Below are positions 50,295-59,455 of a stretch of DNA of 64,000 nt, piece after piece. The translations under genes and the position numbers were made by a program. Under the pieces are notes generated by a model. That model searched no databases, was not told the DNA's origin, and saw only the letters and a list, made by a program, of their open reading frames with translations. The stretch comes from an uncultured Actinomycetota bacterium (GTDB lineage Bacteria; Actinomycetota; Actinomycetes; Actinomycetales; Dermatophilaceae), in the NCBI GenBank assembly GCA_963757635.1, contig CAVWSK010000006.1, positions 263,613 to 327,612 on the forward strand. Reading direction: 5' to 3'. The first letter of the stretch is position 1. The number at the start of each line of letters is the position of its first letter.

Positions 50295-50600
50295 CTACTT
50301 CTCGACGAAGCCCTGGACCCCGTCACGCGGCGCCCCCCAGGTCGTCACGCACGAGCTGACGTCGCCGGGTCGCAGGTGGTCCGACGGCTTCTGCTCGAGC
50401 AGCGCGACGAGCTCCTCGAGCCGCTCCCGAGGACCCTGCGCCATGACCTCGACGCGTCCGTCGTTGGTGTTGCGGGCGTGGCCCACGAGGCCCAGCTCAA
50501 GGGCCCTGGCCCTGGTCCACCAACGGAAGCCGCATCCCTGCACGCGTCCGTGCACCCAGATGACAGCGCGTGCCTGACCGTTCTCGTCCATGTGCATCAT
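50295..50600 (-). CDS. acyP: Acylphosphatase
   Basis: VHGRVQGCGFRW, GHARNTNDGRVEV. Confidence 0.92.
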   Translation of the reverse strand: MMHMDENGQARAVIWVHGRVQGCGFRWWTRARALELGLVGHARNTNDGRVEVMAQGPRERLEELVALLEQKPSDHLRPGDVSSCVTTWGAPRDGVQGFVEK

Positions 50601-50654
50601 CCTTTCCCTCCCTTTCTACCCCGCCCGGGGCCTCCGCGCAGGGCCCGCGCAGGA

Positions 50655-51533
50655 TCAAGGGCGAATCTCGCGCCGCACGCGGGGGCGGGGCTGGCAGTGC
50701 GGGCAGCTGAACGACGACCGGTTCATGAACGCCTCCCGCCGGATGAGCGTGCCGCACCGGTCGCACGGTCGCCCCTCCCGGCCGTAGGCGTGCAGTGACC
50801 GGTCGAAGTAGCCCGAGGCGCCGTTGACGTTGACGTAGAGCGCGTCGAAGCTCGTGCCGCCCTGGCCGAGTGCCTCGAGCATCACGGCCCGCGCGTGCTC
50901 GAGGATGCGCGCGAGGGTCGGCTTGGTCAGGCTGGAGCAGAGCCGCTCGCCGTGCACCTGCGCCCGCCACAGGGCCTCGTCGGCGTAGATGTTGCCGACC
51001 CCCGAGACCAGGGTCTGGTCGAGCAGGGCGCGCTTCACCGCGGAGTCACGGGTCTTCATCCGCCGCACGACCGCGGCCTGGTCGTAGGCCGCCTCCAGCG
51101 GGTCCGGCGCGATGTGCGCCACCGGTTCGGGCACCCCGTCCTCCGTGAGCTCGGCCAGCGCCATCCCGCCGAACGTGCGCTGGTCGACGAACCGCAGCTG
51201 TGGCCCGTCGTCGGCGAAGTCGAACCACGCGTGCAGGTGCTTCTCACGCGGTGCCGTGGCCGGCTCGACGAGCAGCTGGCCGCTCATGCCCAGGTGCGCG
51301 ATCAGTCCCTGCGGCGATCCGTCAGGGGTGCGCAGCACGAGCCACAGGTACTTGCCCCGACGCCGGGCCTGCTCCACCCGGTTCCCGGTGAGCCGGGCCG
51401 CGAGGTCGGCGGGGCCGGGCAGGTGCCTGCGGGCGACGCGCATCCCGCTGAACTCGGCCCGCGAGATCGTGCGGCCCACGACGTGGTCCGCAAGACCTCG
51501 GCGCACGACCTCGACCTCGGGCAGCTCGGGCAT
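50655..51533 (-). CDS. mutM: Formamidopyrimidine-DNA glycosylase
   Basis: [28 protein letters not shown], zinc finger CDRC...CPHC. Confidence 0.97.
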   Translation of the reverse strand: MPELPEVEVVRRGLADHVVGRTISRAEFSGMRVARRHLPGPADLAARLTGNRVEQARRRGKYLWLVLRTPDGSPQGLIAHLGMSGQLLVEPATAPREKHLHAWFDFADDGPQLRFVDQRTFGGMALAELTEDGVPEPVAHIAPDPLEAAYDQAAVVRRMKTRDSAVKRALLDQTLVSGVGNIYADEALWRAQVHGERLCSSLTKPTLARILEHARAVMLEALGQGGTSFDALYVNVNGASGYFDRSLHAYGREGRPCDRCGTLIRREAFMNRSSFSCPHCQPRPRVRREIRP

Positions 51534-51556
51534 GGTGGGGTATGCCGGGTGCTCTC

Positions 51557-52384
51557 CTAGGAGGGCGAACCGGCCGGCGCCTCCGCGTCCGTCGAGGTCA
51601 GGGCCTCCAGCCGCGCCTCGGCAACCGCCACCTCGGCAACCGCCACCTCGGCGGCCCGGTCGCTCAGGGCCTGCCAGGCGACCTCGGCAGCCTTCTGCTC
51701 GGCCTCCTTCTTGGACCGGCCGGTGCCGGTGCCGAGCACCTGGTGGGCCACGACGGCCTCGGCGTGGAAGGTCTTCTCGTGGTCCGGACCCTCTTCGGCG
51801 ACCCGGTACTCGGGGACGCCCTGCGCGGTGGCCGCGGACATCTCCTGCAGGCTGGTCTTCCAGTCCAGGCCGGCACCCATGGTGGCGCTCTCGGCCATGA
51901 GCGGGTCGAGCAGGTGGTGGACCAGCGTCGCGGCGGCGTCCATGCCGACGCTGAGGTAGACCGTGCCGATGACGGCCTCCATCGTGTCGGCGAGGATCGA
52001 GGCCTTGTCGCGGCCGCCGGTGCTCTCCTCGCCCCGACCGAGGAGCACGTGCTCGCCCAGCCCGAGGGTGCGCGCGACATCGGCGAGCGCGCGCATGTTC
52101 ACCACGGCCGCCCGCAGCTTGGCCAGCTGACCCTCAGGGAGGTCGGGGTGGGAGGTGTAGAGGGTGTCGGTCACGACCAGTCCCAGCACCGAGTCGCCGA
52201 GGAACTCGAGGCGCTCGTTGTTGGGCAGCCCACCGTTCTCGTAGGCGTAGGACCGGTGGGTCAGGGCACGCAGGAGCAGCGGCCCGTCGACCGGCCCGCC
52301 CACGACCTCGGTGAGGTACTGGGCGAACTCGTCGAAGGGCCGCTGCGTCGCGCCGTCCTCCCGGGAGGACTCGGTGGAGCTCAC
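51557..52384 (-). CDS. rnc: Ribonuclease III
   Basis: [46 protein letters not shown]. Confidence 0.97.
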   Translation of the reverse strand: MSSTESSREDGATQRPFDEFAQYLTEVVGGPVDGPLLLRALTHRSYAYENGGLPNNERLEFLGDSVLGLVVTDTLYTSHPDLPEGQLAKLRAAVVNMRALADVARTLGLGEHVLLGRGEESTGGRDKASILADTMEAVIGTVYLSVGMDAAATLVHHLLDPLMAESATMGAGLDWKTSLQEMSAATAQGVPEYRVAEEGPDHEKTFHAEAVVAHQVLGTGTGRSKKEAEQKAAEVAWQALSDRAAEVAVAEVAVAEARLEALTSTDAEAPAGSPS

Positions 52385-52401
52385 GCGCGGACCAGGCCGA
52401 C

Positions 52402-52596
52402 TCAGCCCTGGTGCTCGGTGCGCTCGGCCGGCGTGTAGTGACGACCCTTGTAGGTGCCGCACGACGGGCACGCGATGTGGGGCTGCGTCGGAGCCTTGCA
52501 CTGCGGGCAGGTGGTCAGCGTGGTCGCGGTCGCCTTCCAGTTCGCGCGACGCGAACGGGTGTTGGAGCGCGACGTCTTCCGCTTCGGGACAGCCAC
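52402..52596 (-). CDS. rpmF: 50S ribosomal protein L32 (Cys/Zn form)
   Basis: [25 protein letters not shown]. Confidence 0.97.
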   Translation of the reverse strand: MAVPKRKTSRSNTRSRRANWKATATTLTTCPQCKAPTQPHIACPSCGTYKGRHYTPAERTEHQG

Positions 52597-52597
52597 G

Positions 52598-53194
52598 TCA
52601 GTTCCTCTTCTCTTCGATGGTGCTCTGGGTGGTCACACTGGGCTCGGCGGTCAGCGCGGTGAGCGCGGACCACCGGGGGTCGATCACGTCGTGCTGGTGG
52701 TCCGGGTCGTCGGCCAGGTGTGCACCGCACTCGGAGCACAGCCCGGGGCAGTCGGCCCGACAGACGGGTTGGTACGGCAGCGCAGGCACCACCGTGTCCA
52801 CGAGCACGGACTCCAGGTCGAACAGGTCGCCCTGGAGGGTGTGCTCGTCGGCCTCGTCGTCGTCGGCTCCCACCTCACGGTGGTGGGCCGCGCGATCGGC
52901 GTAGGCGAACAGCTCCTGGAACCGGGCGTCAACCTCGTGGCTGACCGGGTCCAGGCACCGCACGCAGGCGCCGGTTGCGGTGGCACGGGCCGAGCCGGTG
53001 ACCAGCACCCCCTCCACGACGGACTCGAGTCGCAGCTCCAACTCGATCGGAGCACCTTGCGGCACTGCGATGACCTCCGTGCCGAGGGCGGCAGGTGCCT
53101 CGACCGTGCGCTGGATGGTCTCCATCGAACCGGGTCGCCGACCTAGTGCCGTGGTGTCGAACACCAGCGGCGATCGGGGATTCAGGTGGTCCAT
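52598..53194 (-). CDS. yceD: YceD/DUF177 family protein
   Basis: LESVVEGVLVTG, CVRCL, CRADCPGLCSECG, DPRWSAL; upstream of rpmF. Confidence 0.93.
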   Translation of the reverse strand: MDHLNPRSPLVFDTTALGRRPGSMETIQRTVEAPAALGTEVIAVPQGAPIELELRLESVVEGVLVTGSARATATGACVRCLDPVSHEVDARFQELFAYADRAAHHREVGADDDEADEHTLQGDLFDLESVLVDTVVPALPYQPVCRADCPGLCSECGAHLADDPDHQHDVIDPRWSALTALTAEPSVTTQSTIEEKRN

Positions 53195-53308
53195 GGCTCC
53201 AGCAGACGTCGAGTGGCTCGGACTGCGCCACAACGAGGACGTAGACCGACGCACGAGGCTACCCGAGCAGGCGCCACTCCCCCAAATGCGCGCCCTCGGC
53301 GACCCGGC

Positions 53309-55408
53309 CTACGGAGCGGTCGACGGGAGCTCGCGGTCCAACGCCGCCCCCAGGACCGGGGCCAGGGTGCGCACGTAAGTGGCCGTCAGGTGGTCCCCGG
53401 CGCGGTGGATCGTCACGTGGCCGATGGCGACCGGGCACCGCGGGACCGGGCAGATCCACGGGGTGAGGTCGACCAGCGCGGTGCCGGATGCGGCCGCCGC
53501 CTCACGCTGCACCGGCAGGCCGCTGCCGGCCACCGCCGACGCCCGGTCGAAGGCGCAGGCGGTCAGGGTGTGGGGGTGGCGCGCGGTGCAGACGTCCAGG
53601 TCGTTCGGTGACACGGGGCTGTCACCGATCACGGCCACCGGCACCCCCATCGCCTTCTCCTCGCCCCAGCGCGTCCTGAGCCCCTCGACCAGGGAGGCGC
53701 GGTCCGCCTTCGACCCGTCCCACGCGGCGGTCGCGTAGCCGGAGGTGATGATCAGGTCGGGGGGGTTCGTGGACAGCCGGTCGAGCACCGCCTCGTTCCA
53801 CTCGTCGCACTCGGGGTAGGGCCGGCCGGCGTTCTGCGCCTCGCCCCCCGCGAACGCGCACGAGGACTTGCCGTAGGTCACGATCCGCCACCCCCGGGCG
53901 GGGGCGAGCTCTTCCAGGGCCGGGAGCCACTGCATCGCCTTGGAGTCGCCCACGAGGGCCACGGTGGTGGTGCCGCCGGGGACCCCGAAGTCACATCGCA
54001 CGGGGTCCACCGAGAGGCGCCCGACCTGGCAGTGGTCGACGTCGGCCTTGGGACGGTCCTTCCCGGCCAGCTGGGGGTCGGGGGTGAGCCACTGCCAGTC
54101 GTCCACGGCGTAGGCCGCGGGGTCGGTGCTCGGCGGGGAGGTCAGGGCAGCCGCCCCGAGGGTCTGGATCGGGGGCACCGAGGCCCCCACCGGCGTGGTG
54201 CGGAACGGCGACGGGGCCTGGGTGAGGGGCACGGCCGCGAGCGCCCCGACCGCCGAGAGCGCCACGCCCATCACGAGGACCTGGCGGGTGCGGGCCGCGA
54301 GCACGCGGCTGTGGTGGATCGGGCTCTCGAGGAAGCGGTGGCTGAGCCAGGCCGGCACCACCGAGCACGCGACCACGGCCGCCTGCTGGGCGGTGGTGAG
54401 GTCCCCGACGACCCATCCGGTGAGCACGACCGCCGGCCAGTGCCACAGGTAGAGCGAGTAGGACAGGCCGCCGATCCAGACCATCGGCGCGGTCCCCAGC
54501 AACCGCACGGGGCCTCCGGGCGCCCCCACCCACCCGGCATACAGCACGAGGGCGGCGCCCAGGGTCGGCACCAGGGTCCAGGCACCGGGTGTCGCGGCCC
54601 CGGCGGGGAGCCAGAGCGCACTGCCCACGACCGCCCCGAGCCCCACCCAGCCGGCGAGCGCGGCGACCCGCTCGCCGCCGATCCCCCCGACCCGGCGGGT
54701 ATGCCGCCCACGGCCCTCGCGCGAGGCGCACCACACGGCCAGACCTGCGCCGATCCCCAGCTCCCAGGCGCGGGTGGTGGTGACGAAGTAGGCCCTGGCC
54801 GGGTCCCGCCCGACGAGCCACACGGCATACCCCAGGGACGGCACCGCGATGACCGCCAGCAAGGCGGCGACCGGACCGAGCCCGACCCTGCGCCCTCCGC
54901 CGAGCCGTCGCACCAGGGCCGCGAGGGCGATGAGCGCCAGCGGCCACACGACGTAGAACTGCTCCTCGACGGCCAGCGACCAGAAGTGTTGCACCGGCGA
55001 CGGGAGGGTGTCCGAGGCGAGGTAGTCGACGGCACGGTGCGCCAGCACCCAGTTGACGACGTAGAGGGCGGCGCCGACCACGTCCGCACCGATCTCGCGC
55101 CGACGCAGCCCGGGGACGACGAACCAGGCGACCAGGGCGGTCACCACGAGCACGAGGATCGCCGCGGGCAGCAGGCGGCGGATGCGGCGGCCCACGAACC
55201 GGGTCCACGAGATCGTCCCGGTGGACAGCAGCTCGCGCACCAGGATCCCGGTGATGAGGAACCCGGAGATGACGAAGAAGACGTCGACGCCGAGGTAGCC
55301 CTGTCCCAGCGGAAGGCCTGCGTGGTAGAGCATCACGAGCAGGACGGCCACCGCACGCAGGCCCTCGATGTCCGGCCGGTAGCGGGCCGGCCGGTCGTCC
55401 CTGCTCAG
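53309..55408 (-). CDS. Acyltransferase-3 / SGNH fusion (OafA-like O-acyltransferase); start codon anomalous
   Basis: RPDIEGLRAVAV, GVDVFFVISGFLIT, HFWSLAVEEQFY, SYSLYLWHWP, GDSKA, DHLT; the conserved N-terminus extends upstream of the first GTG (55351) to CTG 55408. Confidence 0.88.
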   Translation of the reverse strand: MSRDDRPARYRPDIEGLRAVAVLLVMLYHAGLPLGQGYLGVDVFFVISGFLITGILVRELLSTGTISWTRFVGRRIRRLLPAAILVLVVTALVAWFVVPGLRRREIGADVVGAALYVVNWVLAHRAVDYLASDTLPSPVQHFWSLAVEEQFYVVWPLALIALAALVRRLGGGRRVGLGPVAALLAVIAVPSLGYAVWLVGRDPARAYFVTTTRAWELGIGAGLAVWCASREGRGRHTRRVGGIGGERVAALAGWVGLGAVVGSALWLPAGAATPGAWTLVPTLGAALVLYAGWVGAPGGPVRLLGTAPMVWIGGLSYSLYLWHWPAVVLTGWVVGDLTTAQQAAVVACSVVPAWLSHRFLESPIHHSRVLAARTRQVLVMGVALSAVGALAAVPLTQAPSPFRTTPVGASVPPIQTLGAAALTSPPSTDPAAYAVDDWQWLTPDPQLAGKDRPKADVDHCQVGRLSVDPVRCDFGVPGGTTTVALVGDSKAMQWLPALEELAPARGWRIVTYGKSSCAFAGGEAQNAGRPYPECDEWNEAVLDRLSTNPPDLIITSGYATAAWDGSKADRASLVEGLRTRWGEEKAMGVPVAVIGDSPVSPNDLDVCTARHPHTLTACAFDRASAVAGSGLPVQREAAAASGTALVDLTPWICPVPRCPVAIGHVTIHRAGDHLTATYVRTLAPVLGAALDRELPSTAP

Positions 55409-55409
55409 C

Positions 55410-55907
55410 TCACTGCTCCGCGTGCCGCGCGACGAGGGCGTCGCGCACGCGGTCGCTGACCAGCCCCGTGACGTCCCCGCCGTACTGGGCGACCTGCTTG
55501 ACCAGCGAGCTGGAGATGTGTTCCAGGGCAGGGTCGCCCGGGAGGAAGACGGTCTCGATCCCCGTGAGGTGGCGGTTCATCAGGGCCATGGGTAGCTCGT
55601 AGGCGAAGTCGGTGCCACCGCGCAGGCCCTTGACCACGGCCGTGGCGTCCAGCTCGCGACAGACGTCGACGAGCAGGCGGTCGGCATAGACCTCGACCCG
55701 CAGGTTGGGCACGTCGGGACAGGCGTCGACGATGAGGGCCCGGCGCTCATCCGGGGTGAAGGTGCCCTGCTTCCCCGGGTTGTGCAGCACCGCCACGACC
55801 ACCTCGTCGTAGAGGGCGCTGGCTCGCCGGATCACGTCCACGTGGCCGAGGGTGATCGGGTCGTAGGAGCCGGGGCACACACACCGTCTGGTCGCAGCGC
55901 TGGTCAC
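55410..55907 (-). CDS. coaD: Phosphopantetheine adenylyltransferase
   Basis: PGSYDPITLGH, VKGLR, DFAYE, ISSSLVK. Confidence 0.97.
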   Translation of the reverse strand: MTSAATRRCVCPGSYDPITLGHVDVIRRASALYDEVVVAVLHNPGKQGTFTPDERRALIVDACPDVPNLRVEVYADRLLVDVCRELDATAVVKGLRGGTDFAYELPMALMNRHLTGIETVFLPGDPALEHISSSLVKQVAQYGGDVTGLVSDRVRDALVARHAEQ

Positions 55908-55950
55908 ACGCGCACGCTAGCAGCGGCGGCTGCCCCGGCTCCTTTCCCCG

Positions 55951-56511
55951 TCAGTCCTCGTCGCCCTCGTCGTCGGCAGGCAGCAGGCCGTCGCGGTGCG
56001 CCTTGGCGACGATCGCCCGGACGTTCTCGATCGACCCGGCTCCCTCCTCGAGCAGCTGGTTGCGCCGCGTCGCCCAGGCCACTCCCAGGTCCTCACGAAC
56101 CTGCTCGGACACCTCGGTCCTGGCGGGGTTGAGGATGGTCTGCTCCTCCTCACCGATGTGGTGGTTGAGGGCGGTCGCGAGGTCCTCGACGGCGTCGTCG
56201 AACTTCTGGGTGTCGGTGCCCTTGCACTCGAGCAGGGCCAGCAGCGCCTCGTTGCCCTCGGCGTGCTCCTCCTCGCCGTGCTCCGCCTCGTGGTCGGTGA
56301 TGGCGTCCTTCCGGCGCAGGCTGGGGTAGACCTTCTCCTCCTCCGCCTCGCCGTGGGCGATGAGGACGGCCGAGAGCGCCTGGCGCGCGGCCTCCCGGTC
56401 GGCCTCCACGTCGCGCAGCTCGCGCAGCAGGGTTTCGAACAGCCGGTGGTCGTCGAGGATCAGCTCCACGACATCACCGTTGGTGGGACGGGGAATCTCA
56501 TAGTCGCTCAT
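55951..56511 (-). CDS. Hemerythrin-domain protein
   Basis: DDHR, AHGEAEEEKVYP, EEEHAE, HHIGEEE. Confidence 0.88.
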   Translation of the reverse strand: MSDYEIPRPTNGDVVELILDDHRLFETLLRELRDVEADREAARQALSAVLIAHGEAEEEKVYPSLRRKDAITDHEAEHGEEEHAEGNEALLALLECKGTDTQKFDDAVEDLATALNHHIGEEEQTILNPARTEVSEQVREDLGVAWATRRNQLLEEGAGSIENVRAIVAKAHRDGLLPADDEGDED

Positions 56512-56654
56512 GTCCACAGCCTCTCTCACCTGCGGCGTTGCCACATCTCGGGGGTCTGCTGTCCACGCCGTCCCACCCATCGGACGCCCGGTTTGAGTTG
56601 TCCGGCGGTCTTGGAGACGGTGGAGGCGTCCCGATTTCCATCAGAGAGGGAGCC

Positions 56655-56951
56655 ATGCTCACCCTGACCGAGAACGCCAGCACGATCGTCAAGACCCTCC
56701 TCGACCAGAACGAGGCGGGCGACAACGCCGGCCTGCGGTTCAGCCAGGAGGAGGCCAACGAGGGCGCCCTCACCGTGTCGACGGCCGACCAGGCCCAGCC
56801 CGGTGACGCCGTCGTCGAGCACGACGGTGCCAAGGTCTTCCTCGACGAGACGGCCGCCGTCGCCCTGGGCGACCAGGTCCTCGACGCCGCCGTCGATCAG
56901 GCCGGAGCGGTGCAGTTCAGCATCACCCCGTCCGCGGGCCCGACGGCGTAG
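56655..56951 (+). CDS. HesB/IscA-fold protein lacking cysteines
   Basis: MLTLTENAS, AGLR, GDAVVEHDGAKVFLD, VLDAAVD, VQF; GGGAG RBS. Confidence 0.75.
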   Translation: MLTLTENASTIVKTLLDQNEAGDNAGLRFSQEEANEGALTVSTADQAQPGDAVVEHDGAKVFLDETAAVALGDQVLDAAVDQAGAVQFSITPSAGPTA

Positions 56952-56963
56952 AGACCTTCACAG

Positions 56964-57017
56964 CACGACCGCAGGCCCGGCTCCACCCCAGGTGGTGCCG
57001 GGCCTGCGGCGGTCGTG
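56964..57017. terminator. Bidirectional terminator hairpin between convergent genes
   Basis: CCGCAGGCCCGGC/GCCGGGCCTGCGG 13-bp stem plus an inner CCACC/GGTGG. Confidence 0.75.
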
Positions 57018-57024
57018 GGGCGGC

Positions 57025-57600
57025 TCAGGCCGCCGCGTCGGGCGGCTTCGGCCCTGCGAACCAGATCATCGTCTCACCGTAGCGCCGCTCGTCCTCCCGC
57101 TCCCAGCCACCGGGCCAGCGCGGCTCGGGCGACCGGGACGACCGCTCCACCACGACCAGTGCGTCGGGGCCGAGCCAGCCGCGCTCGGCCAGCAGGGCGA
57201 GGTCCTGTGCCAGCTCGTCCTCGGGGAGCGCGTAGGGCGGGTCACTGAACACGAGGGTGCACGGGGCGCTCGGCGGCGCCGCGAGCACCCGTGCCACGGT
57301 CGCCTGCCGCACCGACACCCCGGGTATGCCGAGTGCGTCGGCGTTCACCCTCGTCACCTTCGCCGCCGCGCGATCGGCCTCGACGAGCAGCACGCTGGCC
57401 GCGCCGCGACTGGCGGCCTCGAGCCCCAGGGCGCCCGAGCCGGCATACAGGTCCAGGACGTGGGCGCCGGACAGGACGTCGAGGTGCTCGAGCCGGGAGA
57501 ACAGCGCCTCGCGAACCCGGTCGCTCGTCGGGCGGGTCCCGGACCCCGCGGGGGTGGCCAGGCGCAGGCCACCGGCACGGCCACTGATGATCCTCGTCAC
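57025..57600 (-). CDS. rsmD: 16S rRNA m2G966 methyltransferase
   Basis: MTRIISG, TRPTSDRVREALF, LDLYAGSGALGLEAASRGA, DPPY, RRYGET. Confidence 0.96.
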   Translation of the reverse strand: MTRIISGRAGGLRLATPAGSGTRPTSDRVREALFSRLEHLDVLSGAHVLDLYAGSGALGLEAASRGAASVLLVEADRAAAKVTRVNADALGIPGVSVRQATVARVLAAPPSAPCTLVFSDPPYALPEDELAQDLALLAERGWLGPDALVVVERSSRSPEPRWPGGWEREDERRYGETMIWFAGPKPPDAAA

Positions 57601-57630
57601 GGCGGCAAGGTAGCAGCGTCGCCGTGTCGC

Positions 57631-58113
57631 TCAACCACCCCACACGGCCGGGCTGCGGCGCCGGGCCAGGTCCTCGCCGAGCCCGGCGAGCTCGACGAAC
57701 CTCGCGAGGGTGGCGTGCATCGTCTCGACCGCCTCGGGGCCGGCCTGCTCACTGAGTCGGCGGTCGATCCGGACACCGATCTCCGCCGCTGCGGCCATCG
57801 CCCTCCGTCCGCGCGGGGTGAGTGAGAGGAGCTTGGCCCGGGCGTCGCTCGCGGAGTCCCTGCGGCGCACCAGCCCGAGCTCGACCATCTCCTCGACGAC
57901 CTTGGCCGCCGCCTGCTTGGTGACACCCAGCCTCGCGGCGAGCTCGGTGAGCCGCAGCGGTCCGTCGCGCAAGGACCGGAAGACGACCCCGAACGCAGGA
58001 CGGACGTCGGCGAAACCCTGCTCGTCGAGCTCGCTGTGGAGCTGGTCGACGAAGCCTCGCAGGGCGAGGGTCAGGAGGATCCCCAGGTCGGCCGGGCTGC
58101 GGGACTCATTCAC
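57631..58113 (-). CDS. MarR-family transcriptional regulator
   Basis: LTELAARLGVTKQAA, GLVRR, DARAKLLSLTPRG. Confidence 0.9.
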   Translation of the reverse strand: MNESRSPADLGILLTLALRGFVDQLHSELDEQGFADVRPAFGVVFRSLRDGPLRLTELAARLGVTKQAAAKVVEEMVELGLVRRRDSASDARAKLLSLTPRGRRAMAAAAEIGVRIDRRLSEQAGPEAVETMHATLARFVELAGLGEDLARRRSPAVWGG

Positions 58114-58127
58114 TATTGCTCCAAACG

Positions 58128-58167
58128 GTCAGTCATGGTTGACTACTTTTCGTCAACTCTAGTTGAC
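58128..58167. promoter_or_regulatory. Two 16-bp palindromic operators (GTCA-N6-GTTGAC) between the divergent marR and cupin genes
   Basis: GTCAGTCATGGTTGAC at 58128-58143 and GTCAACTCTAGTTGAC at 58152-58167. Confidence 0.7.
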
Positions 58168-58187
58168 CATATCTCAAGGAGCCACTC

Positions 58188-58562
58188 ATGCCAGTCCTCA
58201 CCCGCCCCACAGCGTCCACCCACGCACTCACCGGGGCGCAGTTCACCTCGCTCGCCACCCCCTCGTCCGGCAGCCTCGACACCGCCATCTGGGAGGTGCG
58301 GCTCGCCCCGGGCCACGAGGGCGCCCCCCACCGCCTGACCCGGCAGGAGGTCTTCGTGGTGCTCTCCGGGGAGGGGGTGGCCACGCTCGACGGCGAGCCC
58401 CACGCGGTGGGGGCCGGGTCGGTCATCGTGGTGCCGGTCGCGACGCCGTTCTCCCTCGCCGCCGAAGGGTCCGAGGAGCTCGTGGCCCTCTGCTGCCTGC
58501 CGGTCGGGGGGCAGGCCGTGGTGGACGGCGCCGAGCCCTTCACGCCGCCCTGGGCCGAGTGA
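58188..58562 (+). CDS. Cupin-domain protein
   Basis: PHRLTRQEVFVVLSGEG, AVGAGSVIVVP; AAGGAG RBS. Confidence 0.85.
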   Translation: MPVLTRPTASTHALTGAQFTSLATPSSGSLDTAIWEVRLAPGHEGAPHRLTRQEVFVVLSGEGVATLDGEPHAVGAGSVIVVPVATPFSLAAEGSEELVALCCLPVGGQAVVDGAEPFTPPWAE

Positions 58563-58575
58563 CCCGGACCCGCCG

Positions 58576-59352
58576 TCAGGGCGCGTGCACCTCCGGGTCG
58601 TCGCGCAGCACGTCGAGCATCAGCGCGAGCACGGCATCGGGACGCTCGAGCGACGGCAGGTGCCCCGCCCACGGGAGGACGACCGCCTCGGCCCCCGGGA
58701 TCTGGTCGACCAGGTGGGCGGCCACCAGGCCGAAGAGGTCGAGGTCCAGCGCCCCCGACACGACCACGGTGGGCACCGCAACCGCTGACGGGTCGACCTC
58801 CACCCGCCGCTGCACCGGGGCGGGGTCGAGGGCATCGGCGGCAAGCTGCACCTCGAAGGCCCTCCGCTGCATCCGCGCCACGTCCTCGCGCACGCCCTGG
58901 CCGGCCCCGGGGCCGAGCCAGGTGCGCACGTTGAGCTGGACGGCACCCTCGATGTCCCCGGACTCCAGGAGCCGGTCCTCGTCCTCGCCGAAGGCCGCGA
59001 CGTCGGGCGTCGGGTCGACACCCCGGAACGCCGGGCACAGCAGCAGCAGTGAGGACACCCGCCCCGGGTGCAGGGTGGCGAGCTCGAGGGCCACCCTGCC
59101 GCCGAAGGAGGAACCGACCACGGCCGCATCGGTCACGCCGAGGTGGGCGAGCAGCGCATCGACGTCATCGGCGTCGGCATACTCCTCCCCCGGCTGGGGC
59201 GAGTCCCCGAACCCTCGCAGGTCCGGGCGGATGACCCGGAAGGTGTGGCTGAGGGCAGGCACCACCGGGTCCCACATCCGTCGGTCGGCGACGCCCGAGT
59301 GGAGCAGCAGGACAGGAGGGCCCGTGCCCTCGTCATCGTGGGAAAGCACCAT
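58576..59352 (-). CDS. Alpha/beta hydrolase
   Basis: LLHSGV, DLRGFGDS, GSSFGG, GHLPSLERP. Confidence 0.9.
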   Translation of the reverse strand: MVLSHDDEGTGPPVLLLHSGVADRRMWDPVVPALSHTFRVIRPDLRGFGDSPQPGEEYADADDVDALLAHLGVTDAAVVGSSFGGRVALELATLHPGRVSSLLLLCPAFRGVDPTPDVAAFGEDEDRLLESGDIEGAVQLNVRTWLGPGAGQGVREDVARMQRRAFEVQLAADALDPAPVQRRVEVDPSAVAVPTVVVSGALDLDLFGLVAAHLVDQIPGAEAVVLPWAGHLPSLERPDAVLALMLDVLRDDPEVHAP

Positions 59353-59455
59353 CGCCCCAGAGTAGGCACCCCACGTCGTCGGGTCGCCTGGTTATCCCGC
59401 CCCACTTCGCGCCCCACCGGGGCCCGGGCCCGGTGGGGCAGCAGCCAGGGCGGGG

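Noticed and set aside
51617-51653. 15-bp tandem duplication in the rnc 3' end ([12 protein letters not shown])
   Set aside because: Minor slippage in a non-conserved tail, after the dsRNA-binding domain.
56511-56521. TGTCCACAGCC DnaA-box-like site at the hemerythrin start
   Set aside because: A single occurrence overlapping a start codon; chance occurrence cannot be excluded.
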